Assembly (NCBI GenBank): GCA_951406725.2
Contig: OX597816.1
Coordinates: 165,292,001 to 165,356,000 of the forward strand
Source: Octopus vulgaris
Lineage: Eukaryota
Direction: 5' to 3'
DNA length: 64,000 nucleotides
Under the pieces are notes generated by a model. That model had not been told where the DNA came from and did not search any database. It saw nothing but the letters and a program-made list of their open reading frames with translations. The position numbers were made by a program, and so were the translations under genes. Position 1 is the first letter of the stretch. The number at the start of each line of letters is the position of its first letter. Of this stretch, positions 39,571 to 53,034 are shown piece after piece.

Positions 39571-39739
39571 TTAAGGATGATGGTTGAAAAGTGAGAAAAA
39601 AATTCAATTAAGGATGCATGAAGTATGACCATGTGGCTAAGATGTTCACTTTCATCCCATGTGGCTGTTGGTTCAATTCCAGTTTGCAACAACACAAGCA
39701 AATGTCTTCTACCATACTGGGTTGATTAATTTTAAGTAA

Positions 39740-40262
39740 GTAGAATAGAGCCTGGTTCAGCCTCCTTGCTTGCCAGTCCTTAGCAAGCCATCCAACACAT
39801 GCCAGCATGGAAAGCAGACATTTAAACGGTGATGATGACGATGGAAACTGTGCTTGAATGGTGCTTACTGCATGCCACCAGCATGGGTGCCAATCAGGCG
39901 GTACTGTCATCGACCACAACAATTACTTCACTTGACTCAACAGGTCTTCACAAGTGCAGTTTATTGCCCAATGACTGAAGGGTACTCTTAAATGGGCCAG
40001 GTATGCTGCACTGGTGTAGGCCACGGTAACAGTCTCACTTGACTTGCTCGGTCTTCTCAAGCACAGCATTTCTCCAAAGGTCTCGGTCACTTTTCACCTC
40101 GGTGAGGCCCAACAGCCAAAGGTGGTGCTTCACCTCATCCTAGGTCTTCTTGGATCTACTGCTTCCACAAGTTCCCTCTACTGCTAGGGTGTGACACTTT
40201 CACACAACTGTCCACATCCATACACAACACATGATCATACCAGCACAGTCGTCTGTCTCACA
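39740..40262. mobile_element. RTE LINE remnants (plus-strand tail 39740-39843; minus-strand degraded ORF end about 39930-40262)
   Basis: The minus strand encodes a degraded RRLxWYxHV..MD..TLAVEGT...DRDLWRNAVLEKT-like RTE C-terminus. Confidence 0.6.
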
Positions 40263-40424
40263 CACCATATATATATATATATATATATACAGATAGATAG
40301 ATAGATAGATAGATACTTATTATTTGTGAACAAGGATATCACTGACAGTGACTTTCAGCCAGCTAACCCAGTAGTCTGATGATGGCTTCTGGCTTAAACT
40401 TCAAAAATCCCTGTCCATGATTTT

Positions 40425-40700
40425 CATCATCATCATCGTTTAACATCCGTTTTCCATGCTAGCATGGGTTGGACCGTTCGACTGGGGTCTGGTAAGCCAG
40501 GAGGCTGCACCAGGATCCAGTCTGATCTGGCAGTGTTTCTACAGCTGGATGCTCTTCCTAATGCCAACCACTCCGTGAGTGTAGTGGGTGCTTTTTACGT
40601 GCCACTGGCACAGGGGCCAGAGGAGGCTGGCAATGGCCACGATCAGTTGGTGCTTTTTATGTGTCACCTGCATAGACGCCAGTTCAGATGGTGCTTTTTA
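40425..40700 (-). mobile_element. RTE 3'UTR fragment (family E)
   Basis: Reverse complement of the family E tail. Confidence 0.75.
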
Positions 40701-43491
40701 AATTTGTAAGTTACAAAAGTATAAAGCAACCCATCAGATTAATGTAAAATTATTTTTACTATAACTGAATATAAAGACAAACATTAACATACATATATAA
40801 ACGTGCGTGTGTGTGTGTGTGTGTGTATATTTTACATATGTTCATTTTGCAAATATGTGTGAGTGTACAGGGTACATGGTTTTTGTAGCATTCGGTAATG
40901 AGTCTACTTTTTTCTTTAACTTTTTTTGTTTTAGCCCCAAGAAAAAGGCTTTGACTTCAAACATAAGGAAGTCAGATGATTTGGAATTTAGATGCTGTGA
41001 TAAGAAAACTGCAATGATTTGGCTACATGATAAGAATTGATGATGTATTCAGGGTGAAAAATGCGGTACCATTGAGTGGGTAGGAAGGAGTGCTGAACAG
41101 TAAATACAGTGAAATAGATAGACAGTGTTAGGTCAGGAAATAGATAAGAAGAACTAACAAAGGACAGGTCAGCTTGGAAGTTGCGGTACCACAGCAGCCC
41201 CACCTAAATTAGGGGTGGCAGGAAAACTGATGATGATTATGATAGTAATATAACGATAATGATGATGATGATAATTATGATGAAGATGATGTTAATGATG
41301 AAAATGATGATGATTGTGATGACGAAAGTGATGATTGTAGCAGTGTTGGTAATATGACAATATCTTAAACATTAAGAAGGCAGAGTATAGAAAAAAAGGA
41401 GGATGGAGGGGGAGCAGAGACAGAGAGAAAAAGGTTCAATCTTGATAGTGGGTTGGTACTATATTTATTGACCCTGAGAGGATGAAAGCTGAAGTTGAAC
41501 CACAGCAGAATTTAAAACACGAAATACTGACTGCAGAGTGCTGTAAAAATTCTGCTAGTCTACTGCTCAAGTCAGTTGTAGTAGCAGAATAACAGGGTGT
41601 TTTATATATGATATCATGATACAAATAGGTAAGCAATAATAAGCAAAATTTAAAAATGAAAGCATAATTCCCCAAGCAGCAATACACACACACACACACA
41701 CACACACACACTCGCGTGTATGTGCTCATCTTTGCTGTTCTTTCACCAAATTGCATACAATTCCATCAATAAATACAAGGAACTACATCAAAATATCACT
41801 GTTTTTTTTTTATGTCTGCTTTCGATATTGATATAAAGTAGATAGATCTATAAAATAGGACAAAGTAATAAAATGATATTAAGATATATCTATAAAAATA
41901 ATCGCAGGAGTGGCTACAGGCACAAGAATGGGTGTGGGGTAAGAAGCTTGCTTCCCAACAATATAGTTTTGGGTTCAGTACCACTGCATGGCACATCTAT
42001 AGCCTTGAACTGACCAAAGCCTTGTGAGTGGATTTGGTAGATGGAAACTGAAAGAAACCCATCATATATGTGTGTGTGTGTGTGTGTGTTATTTGTGTCT
42101 GTTTGTCTCTCCATCATCGCTTGACAACTGATGTTGGTGTGTTTATGTCCCAGTCACTAAGCGGATTGACAAAAGAGACTGATAGAATAAGTGGTATTCT
42201 AATATTGGGGTTGATAAAATAGGTACCAGAACTTCGCTTTCTTTTCAAAACTGCTGGCCTTGTGCCAAACTTAGCAAGCTTTTCAACTAGGCCTGTGTGC
42301 TATTTCTTGCATAAGATAGGTCTATAACTCAGACAAATGAACAAAGCCATCAAGGAGATAGGTACAGCAGCTGAGACTAACTCAAGCTGGCTGTGGTTGA
42401 TAAGACACCACAAGTGGAACCCTTTCATAGGTGAACACAAGCTCAGTTCTCACTGGCCCACTTAGGTAAAGCAACAGGCTAAGGGGCAAAATGCTTGTGA
42501 CTCTGAGACACCTGCTGATAATACAGAAGGGTTTCTAGCATTGCAATGAATTTAGAAGAGCTTGGAAACCTATGAGTAGCTTCTACAGGTTCTGCATGGG
42601 GCATATTATTATTATTGATTTCTGCGATTCAGATATATAGTAAATGGAATGTAATTATAGTCAAACCATTCACATTCTTCAAGGAATCAATACTAATTTG
42701 TAGATTCAGCTCACTGAAGGCTTACAGCTTACGTTATAGTATTACTTTAGTTTTAATAACAGCAAATTAATAGAAAGTTCTTAGAATGGTACAAACAGCA
42801 ATATCTTACAGCATGGTGTTATTAGAATTTCGTTAAATAGCTTATATTATTGTCATAGAATAGCAGAAACATTTAACTAAATATATTACTCTACGATATT
42901 ATCAAAATTTCAAAGCTATGTGGTTAAGAAGTTTGTCTAGCAACCACATGGTTTCAGGTTCAGTTCCATTGTGCAGCTGCTTGGGTGTCTTTGGGTGAGT
43001 CTCTACCTGGGTACAACAACAACAAGTGTACTCAGAGCGCAAACCTCCACCAAGGCAACACCAATGTCCTCTCAACGATTAGCCAAAGATGATTTTGTGG
43101 ACTCGTGGTCGTAGGATCGCGGTTTTGATTCCCAGACCAGGTGTTGTGAGTGTTTATTGAGCAAAAACACCTAAAGCTCCACGAGGATTTGACAGGGGGT
43201 AGTGGCGAACCCTGCTGTACTCTTTCACCATAACTTTCTCTCACTCTTTCTTCCTGCTTCTGTTGTACCTGTATTTCAAAGGGCCAGCCTTGTCACACTG
43301 TGTCACACAGAATCTCCCCAAGAACTACGTTAAGGGTACATGTGTCTGTGGAGTGCTCAGCCACTTGCATGTTATTTTCACAAGCAGGCTCTTCCGTTGA
43401 TCGAATCAACTGGAACCCTTGTCGTCGCAACCGATAGAGTGCAACGATGGGCCAACCAATTAGCATTTGGCTTATCATCTATATTCTGAGA

Positions 43492-43823
43492 CCCCCTTCG
43501 GTCACGACACAGACCATGGGATTGCACCTAGAAAGTTACCCTCCCAGACACAAGTCCGGGCAAGGTTGTTTATGGAAGACCAGCAGTCACTCATGCATAC
43601 CGGCCTCCCCTCTCCATGCCACCAGTGTTATCAAGTGAAAGGCAAAGGCCGATACAGCTTGGCACCAATGACGTCGCAACTCATTTCTACAGCTGAGTGA
43701 ACTGGAGCAACGTGAGATAAAGTGCCTTGCACAAGAACACAACATGCAGCCTGGTCCAGGATTCGAGCTCACAACCTCACTATCGTAAGCTCGACGCTCT
43801 AACCACTGAGCCATGTGCCTTCA
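43492..43823 (-). mobile_element. SINE family D
   Basis: Inverted copy of 4332-4665. Confidence 0.75.
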
Positions 43824-44974
43824 CATCTATATATAAATACACTAACACCAAATGCATGATGCTATCACTTTATTAGTTGAAGGGAGAGGTGCAAAGAAGG
43901 AGAGAGAAACGGAATATGTTACATGCGGAGGTGTGTGATATATAATGGAAAGAAGAGGCAAACGAAGAGAGCGGGGAGAAGGTGAGGGCATTACTGAAGG
44001 AAATGTGAGAATGGGAAAAACACTATAACAGCCAATGTAAATTGGATGCTACAGAAAATATACAATTGCATCTTGCAATTTTCAAAATAACTGTGGAATT
44101 TCCATAGGTGCTGCTAGTTAAATACTAATCATTTATTCAGAGTATGATTTATTGATTAGAGAAAATAGTAATTGCCCAAAATCACCATCTCTACTGTTGT
44201 GTGTAAGAAAAGGTACTAAATGAGTTCACACCCAATACTGTGTACTACTTTTAACACCTTTTCACATTTATTGATACCTGAATGGAGAGTGATTGGAAAT
44301 TAGCCACATTTTATTAACCTAAGTTGCTAACTTTCACTAGTTCAGCAGAATACATCCAGAATTAATAAACCCATTAGTGCTGATCTCTTTTTTTTTCTTT
44401 CATTTTTTACTTGTTTTAGGGCAATGTCTTGAATATTTTTTAGTTGAATGAATTAACTGCAGTATTTTTTTCTAAACCTGGTACTTATTCTATCAGTCTC
44501 CTTTGCCAAACTGCTAAGTTATGGAGACATAAACACACCGATACTGGTTGTCAAGCAGTGGTGGGTGAACAAATACAGAGGCACACACACACACACACAT
44601 GTATGTGTGTGTGCAATAGGCTTCTTTCAGTTTCCATCTACTAAACCCACTCACAAAGCTTTGGTCAGCCCAAAGCTATAGTGGAAGACACTTGCCCAAG
44701 GTGTCACGCAGTGGGACTGAACCCAAAACCATGTGATTGGGAAGCAGACTTCTTACCACACAGCCACATCTGCACCTATAAAAAGAAAACAAAAAAAAAA
44801 AATGCATTGTAAAGTGGTTGATGTTAGGAATGACAACCATTTATAGGAACCATGCCAAAACAGATATGGTCCTGCAACTCCTAAGGCCCTGATAAACTGT
44901 CTGACCCACACCAGCATGGAAAGCTAACATTAAATGATGATGTCAATGGTAGTATATATATATATCAATATCAG

Positions 44975-45730
44975 TGGTTCTCATGCTGGTGGCACGCAAT
45001 AAGTAGCATTCATGCGTGTGTCATTGCCAATGTTGTGTGACTGGCTCCCCATGCCAGTGGTATGTAATAAGCACTATCCGAATGTGGTCAATGCCAGCAC
45101 CCCCCACCCCAACTGACTCCTGTGCCAGTAGCATGTAAAAGGCACCATTTGAACATGGCCAATGCCTGTGCCGTTGGCATGTAAAAAGCACCCACTACAT
45201 TCTCGGAGTGGTTGGCATTAAGAAGGGCATCCAGATGTAGAAACATTACCAGTTCAGATTGGAGCCTGGTGAGGCCTCCTGGCTCGCCAGTTCCCAGTCA
45301 AACCATCCAACCCATACTAGCATGGAAAATGGACGTTAAGCGATGATGATGGTCTGCCAGTAGTACATAAAAAGCATTATCTGATTGTGATCAATGTCAG
45401 GCCCACTTGACTGGCTTCTGTGCCAGTGACATGTAAAAAGCACCATCCAAATGTGGTAGATACCAATACCCTGTGACTAGCTCCTGTGCAGGTGGCACGT
45501 AAAAAGCACTATCTGAATGTCATCAATGCCAGGCCCGCCTGACTGACTCCTGTGCCGGTGGCACTTAAAAGGCAACCACTACACTCTCGTTGGCGCTAGA
45601 AAGGGCATCTAGCTGTAGAAACCTTGCCAGATCAGATCGGAACCTAATGCAGCCGCTGGCTTTCCAGACCTCAGTCAAACCGTCCAATCCATGCCAGCAT
45701 GGAAAACGGATGTTAAACGATGATGATAAA
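44975..45730 (+). mobile_element. Two tandem family E (RTE 3'UTR) fragments
   Basis: Two sets of about 60-bp units, each ending in the GGAAAA.GGA.GTTAA.CGATGATGAT tail (45350 and 45727). Confidence 0.75.
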
Positions 45731-48213
45731 CATTATTAGAAATTGTATAAAAGTTTCTTTAAATATTTTGTGTATTGTAAGAATATAACCAATATATGAC
45801 ATATAAATTTTAACATAGGGACCCCAGTTGAGAACGACACACACAAACACACACACATATCAAATGTAAAGCACGTAATTTGATAAACTGACAACCATCT
45901 CTGTTTGTAATTTAAGCTGCTGTCTATACAAACAAGAGCTGAAAGTGTTTACCAACCATTCAGACAACAATAACATACTGAATCAATAAAAGGAGCAACA
46001 CAAAGCAAAGACTCAAGTGATTTCATTAGAATTGTGACAGATTGACCAACTTGAAACCTCTAAGAAGTTCCAAATATGACCATCCTGTCTATTTAGCCTA
46101 AATGATTAAAATACAACAGTTCGTGACAATTAGATAGCTTTATATCATCCAAAATAACTTGAGGTCAGCAGAGGTGAGATAATCACCATAAAAAAATCTA
46201 AACAGTTGACCCTTTCATAGTAACCTATGACATCAAAGGTCATTCGAAGGGATTTGCGGTTTAACTGTCTGTAGGACAGATAAAAAGAAATATAGAAAGA
46301 GAAAAGGAAATCACCAGTTGTTCAGTAAAACAGTTTATTTTTTAGGAGCTTATTTAATGATATCACAATCTCTTCATTAAGAAGCAAAGTAATGGCTCAA
46401 TTGTTGAGTAAACTCATACTAAAATACGACCCTTCATGACAAACAGACTCCGTACCTCACTTCTTTGCCCCCTCATGTAGAAAGCAGAGAAGTCTTAATT
46501 ATATTAAATGCTTTGTAATGAGAATAACTTTCTTAAATAACCTAACTCTGGTAAAAAAAAAAGTGAGTGGAGACAATCCCCAAAATGTTGAATATTTGCC
46601 TTGAATAATAAATAACTATCCCACAATTGTGAGTAGGACTATCAACCATCTCCTTATCACACAGCTCTATCATTTAATCACAATCACTCATGTCTCATAA
46701 AGAAGTTGGAGAGTGAGCAGAGACCAAGAGTTGCGAGGTCCATAAATCAAAGACGTAGCTACTATGAGCAAATATTACAGGGGCAGGGGATGGGCAAAAA
46801 TCACATATTAGGTGTCAATGTAATCCCTTAGAAATTGTTGGTCTTGTGCCTAAATTAGAAACAATAAGAGCAATAATGTGGCAGGGTCATTAGAACATCA
46901 GGGAAAAAATATCTTACAAAATTCTTTTTGATTTTCTATGCTCTGAGTTCAAATCCTGACAAGGATCTTTTGCCTTTCATAACTTGAGGGTCAATAAAAT
47001 AAAAAGTACCAATTAACTACTAGTTTTGATGGTACTGACTCAACCCTCTTCTCAAAATTGCTAGCCTAGTGTAAAAACTAGAAATTATTATTATTATTAT
47101 GGCAGAATTGTTAGCACGCCAGGCGATATGCTTAGCAGTATCTCATTTGTCTATGTTCTCAGTTCAAATTCCACCGAGGTCGACTTTGCCTTTCATCCTT
47201 TTGGGGTTGATAAATTAAGTACCAATTGAACACTGGGATTAATGAAAGCAACTTGTCCCCTCTTCCAAAATGGTTGCCCTTGTGGCAAAATTTAAAACTA
47301 TTATTATCATTATTATTGTTATTTTTAAGGTGGTGAGCTAGCAGAGTTGTTAGCACGCTATGCAAAATGCTTAGTGACATTTTGTCCATCTTACCATTCT
47401 GAGTTCAAATTCTGCTGAGGTCAACTTTGCCTTTCATCTTTTTTGGGGTTGATAAAATAAGTACCAGTTGAACACTGGAGTCGATGTAATTGACTTACCC
47501 ATCTCCTCAAAAAACTGCTGGCCCTGTGCTAAAATTTGAAACCATTATTAAGTAGCAAGATGGTATTTGTTCCGATTTGTTACAGTCTAACTCTTTGCGG
47601 AGGTCAACTTCACCTTTTATCCTTTTGGGAGATGCAAAGGGGGTGGGGGTGGATAAAATAAGCTTCAATCAGGTACAAGGCTAAATGTAATTGGCTAATC
47701 TCTGTTCTTAAAATTCCTGGGCTTGTGCCAAAGTTAGAAGTAACAATTATCATTATAATTTTCATTATAATTAGTTTTTTTCATTTTTAAATGAAGTACA
47801 TCAAATGCTAAGTATAGAATTAATTCTGTCTTCAGGAGTTGATAAATCTTAAGTAAGGAAAAAGTAAGTCAAGGAAAGCAAAAAAAAAAAAAAAAATTAT
47901 GATTAACCCACAGGGACATTTTCATTATTATTAGAATGTTTCCTTAAAACTGTTTTTAAAAAATTCTTATTGCAATTCAGAGATTTGTCTTCTTTTTTTC
48001 TTTTTTTGGTAAATTTCAGATTTTACAGTTAAAAGTAAATGTTTTAATCACCTTAAAAAAAATTTTTTTTTTTAAATGCTTGACATGTCTGAATGGATTA
48101 AAACATCATAATCTTTCTTTTTTTTTGCATGAATTAAATGATTATGCAGCACATTTCCACACAACCCCACAACCAATTCACCATTTCAAGACTATACATC
48201 ATTTTTAGAAACA

Positions 48214-48620
48214 GGCGCAGGAGTGGCTGTGTGGTAAGTAGCTTGCTAACCAGCCACATGGTTCCGGGTTCAGTCCCACTGCGTGGCACCTTGGGCAAGT
48301 GTCTTCTGCTATAGCCCCAGGCCGACCAATGCCTTGTGAGTGGATTTGGTAGACGGAAACTGAGAGAAGCCTGTCGTATATAAGTATATATATATGTGTG
48401 TGTGTGTATATGCTTGTGTGTCTGTGTTTGTCCCCCTAGCATTGCTTGACAACCGATGCTGGTGTGTTTACGTCCCCGTCACTTAGCAGTTCGGCAAAAG
48501 AGACCGATAGAATAAGTACTGGGCTTACAAAGAATAAGTACCGGGGTCGATTTGCTCGACTAAAGGCGGTGCTCCAGCATGGCCGCAGTCAAATGACAAA
48601 CAAGTAAAAGAGTAAAAGAG
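48214..48620 (+). mobile_element. SINE family A, full length (tRNA-derived, CORE-like, internal microsatellite)
   Basis: GGCGCAGGAGTGGCTGTGTGGTAAG (A-box)...GGTTCAGTCCC (B-box)...CTTGGGCAAGTGTCTTC...(TA/TG)n...CAAGTAAAAGAG tail; more than ten copies in the window. Confidence 0.85.
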
Positions 48621-48850
48621 AGAGAGTACCATTTCCAGACAACATATCCTGTATTGGCATCAGATAAACAGCACCTGTACTGGTGCCACATAAAAAGCAC
48701 CCAGTACATTCTACAGTGGTTGTCATTAGGAATGGCATCCAGCTGTAAAAACCCATACCAAAACAAACAACTGGAGCCTGGTGCAACTCTCCGGCTTGCC
48801 AGCTCTTGTCAAACTGTGCAACCCATGCCAGCATGGAAAACTGATGTTAA

Positions 48851-49302
48851 CCCTTTCATTACCAACCTGGCTGAAAGCGGCTCTGGTTCTGAGTACAAAA
48901 GTCTTGTTTTCATAAGATTTGAATTAAAATCTTCCACCAAACTTTAGTCACAATTTATGTTCCTAACACTAGCTGAATGATAACTAAGTTATTTTACTAA
49001 ATTCTGTGTTATATTTAAAGTAATTGAAAGAAACACAAAGCATCTCAAAATAAATACAGTAACAAAAGGGTTAAAATTTATTATAGAGAAACAATTCTTA
49101 ACCCTTTCAATACCAACCTGGGTCTGGCTCTGTAGTATGTTTTTCATAAGTTTTGAATCAAAATCTTCCACCAAACCTTAGTCACAATTTATGTTCCTAA
49201 CACTAGCTGAATGATAACTAAGTTATTTTACTAAATTCTGTGTTATATTTAAAGTAATTGAAAGAAACAGAGCATCTCAAAATAAATACAGTAACGAAAG
49301 GG
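48851..49302 (-). mobile_element. Third P1 MITE dimer, inserted at the TTAA of a family E tail
   Basis: GGAAAACTGATG-TTAA|dimer|TTAA-ATGATGATGAT; the spacer is the reverse complement of the 13053 and 25533 spacers. Confidence 0.85.
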
Positions 49303-50034
49303 TTAAATGATGATGATATCCCCTCCAGGTAATACATATTTTCCAGACAACATGGCAATGAAGCATTTTCAGATATCTCAAGCATACATTTTAAGAACAG
49401 AGATTAGCCAATTACATTTAGCCTTGTACCTGATTGAAGCTTATTTTATCCACCCCCAATCCATCTCCCAAAAGGATAAAAGGTGAAGTTGACCTCCGCA
49501 AAGAGTTAGACTGTAACAAATCGGAACAAATACCATCTTGCTACTTAATAATGGTTTCAAATTTTAGCACAGGGCCAGCAGTTTTTGAGGAGATGGGTAA
49601 GTCAATTACATCGACTCCAGTGTTCAACTGGTACTTATTTTATCAACCCCAAAAAAGATGAAAGGCAAAGGAAACCCCAACTTTAAGTGCATCAAAACTA
49701 CATTATGGTAGGCCGGTCTTCCAATCTTTTTTTTAATATTTTAGATAATCTACAGATGCACTTCTGGCAGCTAATTATCACAAAACAGTTGCACTAATTA
49801 CCATATATTCATATATTGGAATGAAGGATGACACCGATTGATTTCAGGGCAGCACAATATACTGTAGTGGAATTAATATGCATATTCTGTACTATAGGAA
49901 CACGAGTGGCTGTGTGGTAAGTAGCTTGCTTACCAACCACATGGCACCTTGGGCAAGTGTCTTTCTACTATGGCCTTGGGCCAACCAAAGCTTTGTAAGT
50001 GAATTTGGAACACAGAAACTGAAAGAAGCCTGTC

Positions 50035-50080
<46 letters not shown>

Positions 50081-50253
50081 AATATTAGGGAATAAATCCA
50101 AATTTACAGGAAAAAAAATCAGATTTAGGATTAAATCCAATTTTATAGTAAAATATTATAAAATATTATTAGAGACAAAACCACTATTTTGCAAAACAAA
50201 CAAGGAAAGACTTAATCAATACATAAAATTTTAATAAATAGTCAAAAAAACCG

Positions 50254-50296
50254 CCACTACAATCGTTTCTTGTCTTGATCGACAATCTTCAGGTGG
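50254..50296 (-). ncRNA. Type I hammerhead ribozyme, left arm (sense to the AHCYL pre-mRNA)
   Basis: Exact reverse complement of 50344-50386. Confidence 0.85.
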
Positions 50297-50343
50297 ACTT
50301 CCAATAAGTCAGTTACAAATTATGTAACTGACTTATTGGAAGT

Positions 50344-50386
50344 CCACCTGAAGATTGTCGATCAAGACAAGAAACGATTGTAGTGG
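50344..50386 (+). ncRNA. Type I hammerhead ribozyme, right arm
   Basis: CCAC-CTGAAGA-TTGTC(GATCAA)GACAA-GAAA-C(GATT)G-TA-GTGG: stem I CCAC/GUGG, intact core, 5-bp stem II, minimal stem III, GUA triplet. Confidence 0.85.
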
Positions 50387-50473
50387 CGTTTTTTTGACTA
50401 TTTATTAAAATTTTATGTATTGATTAAGTCTTTCCTTGTTTGTTTTGCAAAATAGTGGTTTTGTCTCTAATAA

Positions 50474-50515
<42 letters not shown>

Positions 50516-50517
<2 letters not shown>

Positions 50518-50885
50518 CGCAGGAGTGGCTGTGTGGTAAATAGCTTGCTAACCAACCACATGTTTCTGGGTTCAGTCCCACTGCGTGGCATCTTGGGCAA
50601 GTGTCTTCTGCTATAGCCCCGGGCCGACCAATGCCTTGTGAGTGGATTTGGTAGACGAAAACTGAAAGAAGCCTGTCGTATATATGTATATATATGTGTT
50701 TGTCCCCCTAGCATTGCTTGACAACTGATGCTGGTGTGTTTACGTCCCCGTCACTTAGCGGTTCGGCAAAAGAGACTGATAGAATAAGTACTGGGCTTAC
50801 AAAGAATAAGTCCTGGGGTCGATTTGCTCGACTAAAGGCGGTGCTCCAGCATGGCCGCAGTCAAAAGACTGAAACAAGTAAAAGA

Positions 50886-50887
<2 letters not shown>
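50516..50887 (+). mobile_element. SINE family A, full length
   Basis: Nearly identical to 48214-48620; embedded in (TA)n. Confidence 0.85.
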
Positions 50888-50928
<41 letters not shown>

Positions 50929-51438
50929 CACACATACATATATACATATACTCAATTTATTGACCCCGAAAGGATGTAGGGCAAAGTCAACCTTAGAGGA
51001 ATTTGAACTCAGAACGTAACAGCAGACGAAATACCGCTAAGTATTTTGCCTGGCTTGCTAACGTTTCTGCCAGCTCACCACCTTTAATGATGGACCATCG
51101 TATAGCTTTAAGATTTCAAAGATGTGACTGTTTAATTTTACAATGACACCTAACAGGTGTAGAATATTTGGGATGAATATGACTGGTTTGAATGGTGAAG
51201 GGTTTAGGCATTTATTCTGATGCTTTAATGATTTTACTTGTCCAGAGTACTTTAATAGAGTGCACATTGAACAGATTTCTAGGAAGCCGAGTACAACGAA
51301 AACATAAAAGAGTACAGTCTGAGCTGAATAGAGTAAAATTTGAGCTAAGTAGAGTACAGTTTGATCTGAATAAAATACAATATATATTCAAGTGTTGTTT
51401 AGCACAAGGTAGTTCTAAATCATCAGACCTGTAATTAA

Positions 51439-51657
51439 CCCTTTAGTATTTAAACCGGCCATATCCGGCCAAAATAGCTAATCTGTTTTATGTTCAAACT
51501 GACCAGATCCAGGCCCTCACACCTACCCTACAATGTTATTCTACATTAGGTAATTACACCATCAAGATCTTGAAGATATGAGATAATGCATGATTAATTC
51601 AAATCAATGGGAATCAATAGGCATTATGTTTGATAGAATAATCAGAACACTAAAGGG
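51439..51657 (+). mobile_element. piggyBac-type MITE family P2, uninterrupted
   Basis: TTAA-CCCTTTAGT...ACTAAAGGG-TTAA. Confidence 0.8.
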
Positions 51658-53034
51658 TTAAAGGCTTTCCAACTGTGACCACCCTATCTGTTTTAAAGCA
51701 TAATGTATTTCATGATTTCTATGTCTGGTATATCATGTGAATTCACACAAGTTCCTTTAATGATTCATTCTGTGGCACAATTTGATCTAAGAGCCAGCAA
51801 TAAAAATGTTGTTTTTTTTCCATGAGAACGAAACACCACAAACACACACATACACACACACACCAGGAAACCTAATATGTTGGCCAACACCTCATAAACA
51901 TCTGAACAGCCAGAGTCTGAGAATGTCCTGTCCGTTAGGTTAGGTACGTGTGTCAATAGAAACACTCACAAATCAATCGACCAGCGACGATCATAAAAGT
52001 TATGTCTGGGATTAGATGGAAAACAAAACAATGAAAATATTTAGAGTGGCTTTTTAAATGACACACTGTCTACATTCTAAAGTAAGTGTTCTATGAAGCA
52101 TCTGCAATGACGATGATGCTAACTTCAGACAATCCTGTAACTCTAATATTCACAAGATTAACTTCAGAAGTATAAACAGGAGTGGAAGATTTATTTTTAT
52201 ACCACAATTTACTGGACAATAACAACAACATTGATTACACATTTCAAATAGGCCACTCACTCTTCTTTACATTTCTGACTGCTAGTGACAAGGGGTCAAG
52301 GGAGTGAGTGTAACTTAGTGCATAACAATTATCACAAGGGGGCTTTGAAAAAGCACTGGCACCTTATATAAATCTGCAAAAAAGTGTGTGTGTGTGTGCA
52401 TGTATATATATATATATATAGGTACACACACAATGATGGTGACAAGGTGTTGAAAAAAAAAATGATTTCAACCTAAAATATATTTATTAGCCACACAGGG
52501 CTGCACACAGATGGGACAAATTACAAGGTAGAGCTTTTCTTTTGGGGGAGAAAAAAAAAAGTTGGGTAGGTTTTTGATCAAAAGGGATCGTAAAAAGGAA
52601 AGATAAAAGAAAGGAAAAAAAGAGAAAAAAATCCCGGATCAATAGGGATCATGTATCACAAAAATGTCATGATATAAAGTGTAAAGGGGGAAACAGATGA
52701 GGTTTATCTGTGGAAAGAAAAGCCTACAGAAAAGACTAAGGTAACCTCAATCAATAATGTCAAACTAAAAGAAACAAATGGAAAAGTTTGATGATTTTAT
52801 AACAGAAACACTGAAGAAAACTGAAAATGTAAGATGCAAGAGAAAATAATTTTTGGTTTCTGCTTTTGTTCTTTCTCAGTTGACTGATTGTTCATCTCTA
52901 TGATAAGAGATATAGAAATGCTTCGGAAGGAATCCATATTTAATTAGTTTTTACGTAAGTGTAAAGGAACAAAATATATAATCTTTAGGCATATATTTGA
53001 TTAAATTATTTTTCTTTTACTCATAATTTCTAAC

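Larger units (their letters stand above)
47425..49670. repeat. Near-identical inverted duplication of about 285 bp (47425-47714 vs 49388-49670)
   Basis: The arms match across the junction of two degraded SINE B copies, including private sequence AAGTAGCAAGATGGTATTTGTTCCGATTTGTTACAGTCTAAC. Confidence 0.9.
50075..50481. mobile_element. Penelope-like pLTR fragment forming a near-perfect palindrome
   Basis: Arms 50157-50317 and 50323-50481 around a 5-nt spacer (AATTA); flanked by (TA)n; each arm carries a hammerhead. Confidence 0.8.

Noticed and set aside
40372-40415. CTGATGA followed by a small hairpin as another hammerhead
   Set aside because: There is no GAAA (TAAA instead) and no stem I complement.
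48214-48290. tRNA genes at SINE heads (also 4332, 21011, 58170)
   Set aside because: A/B-box-like motifs are present, but there is no complete cloverleaf and each continues into a SINE body.
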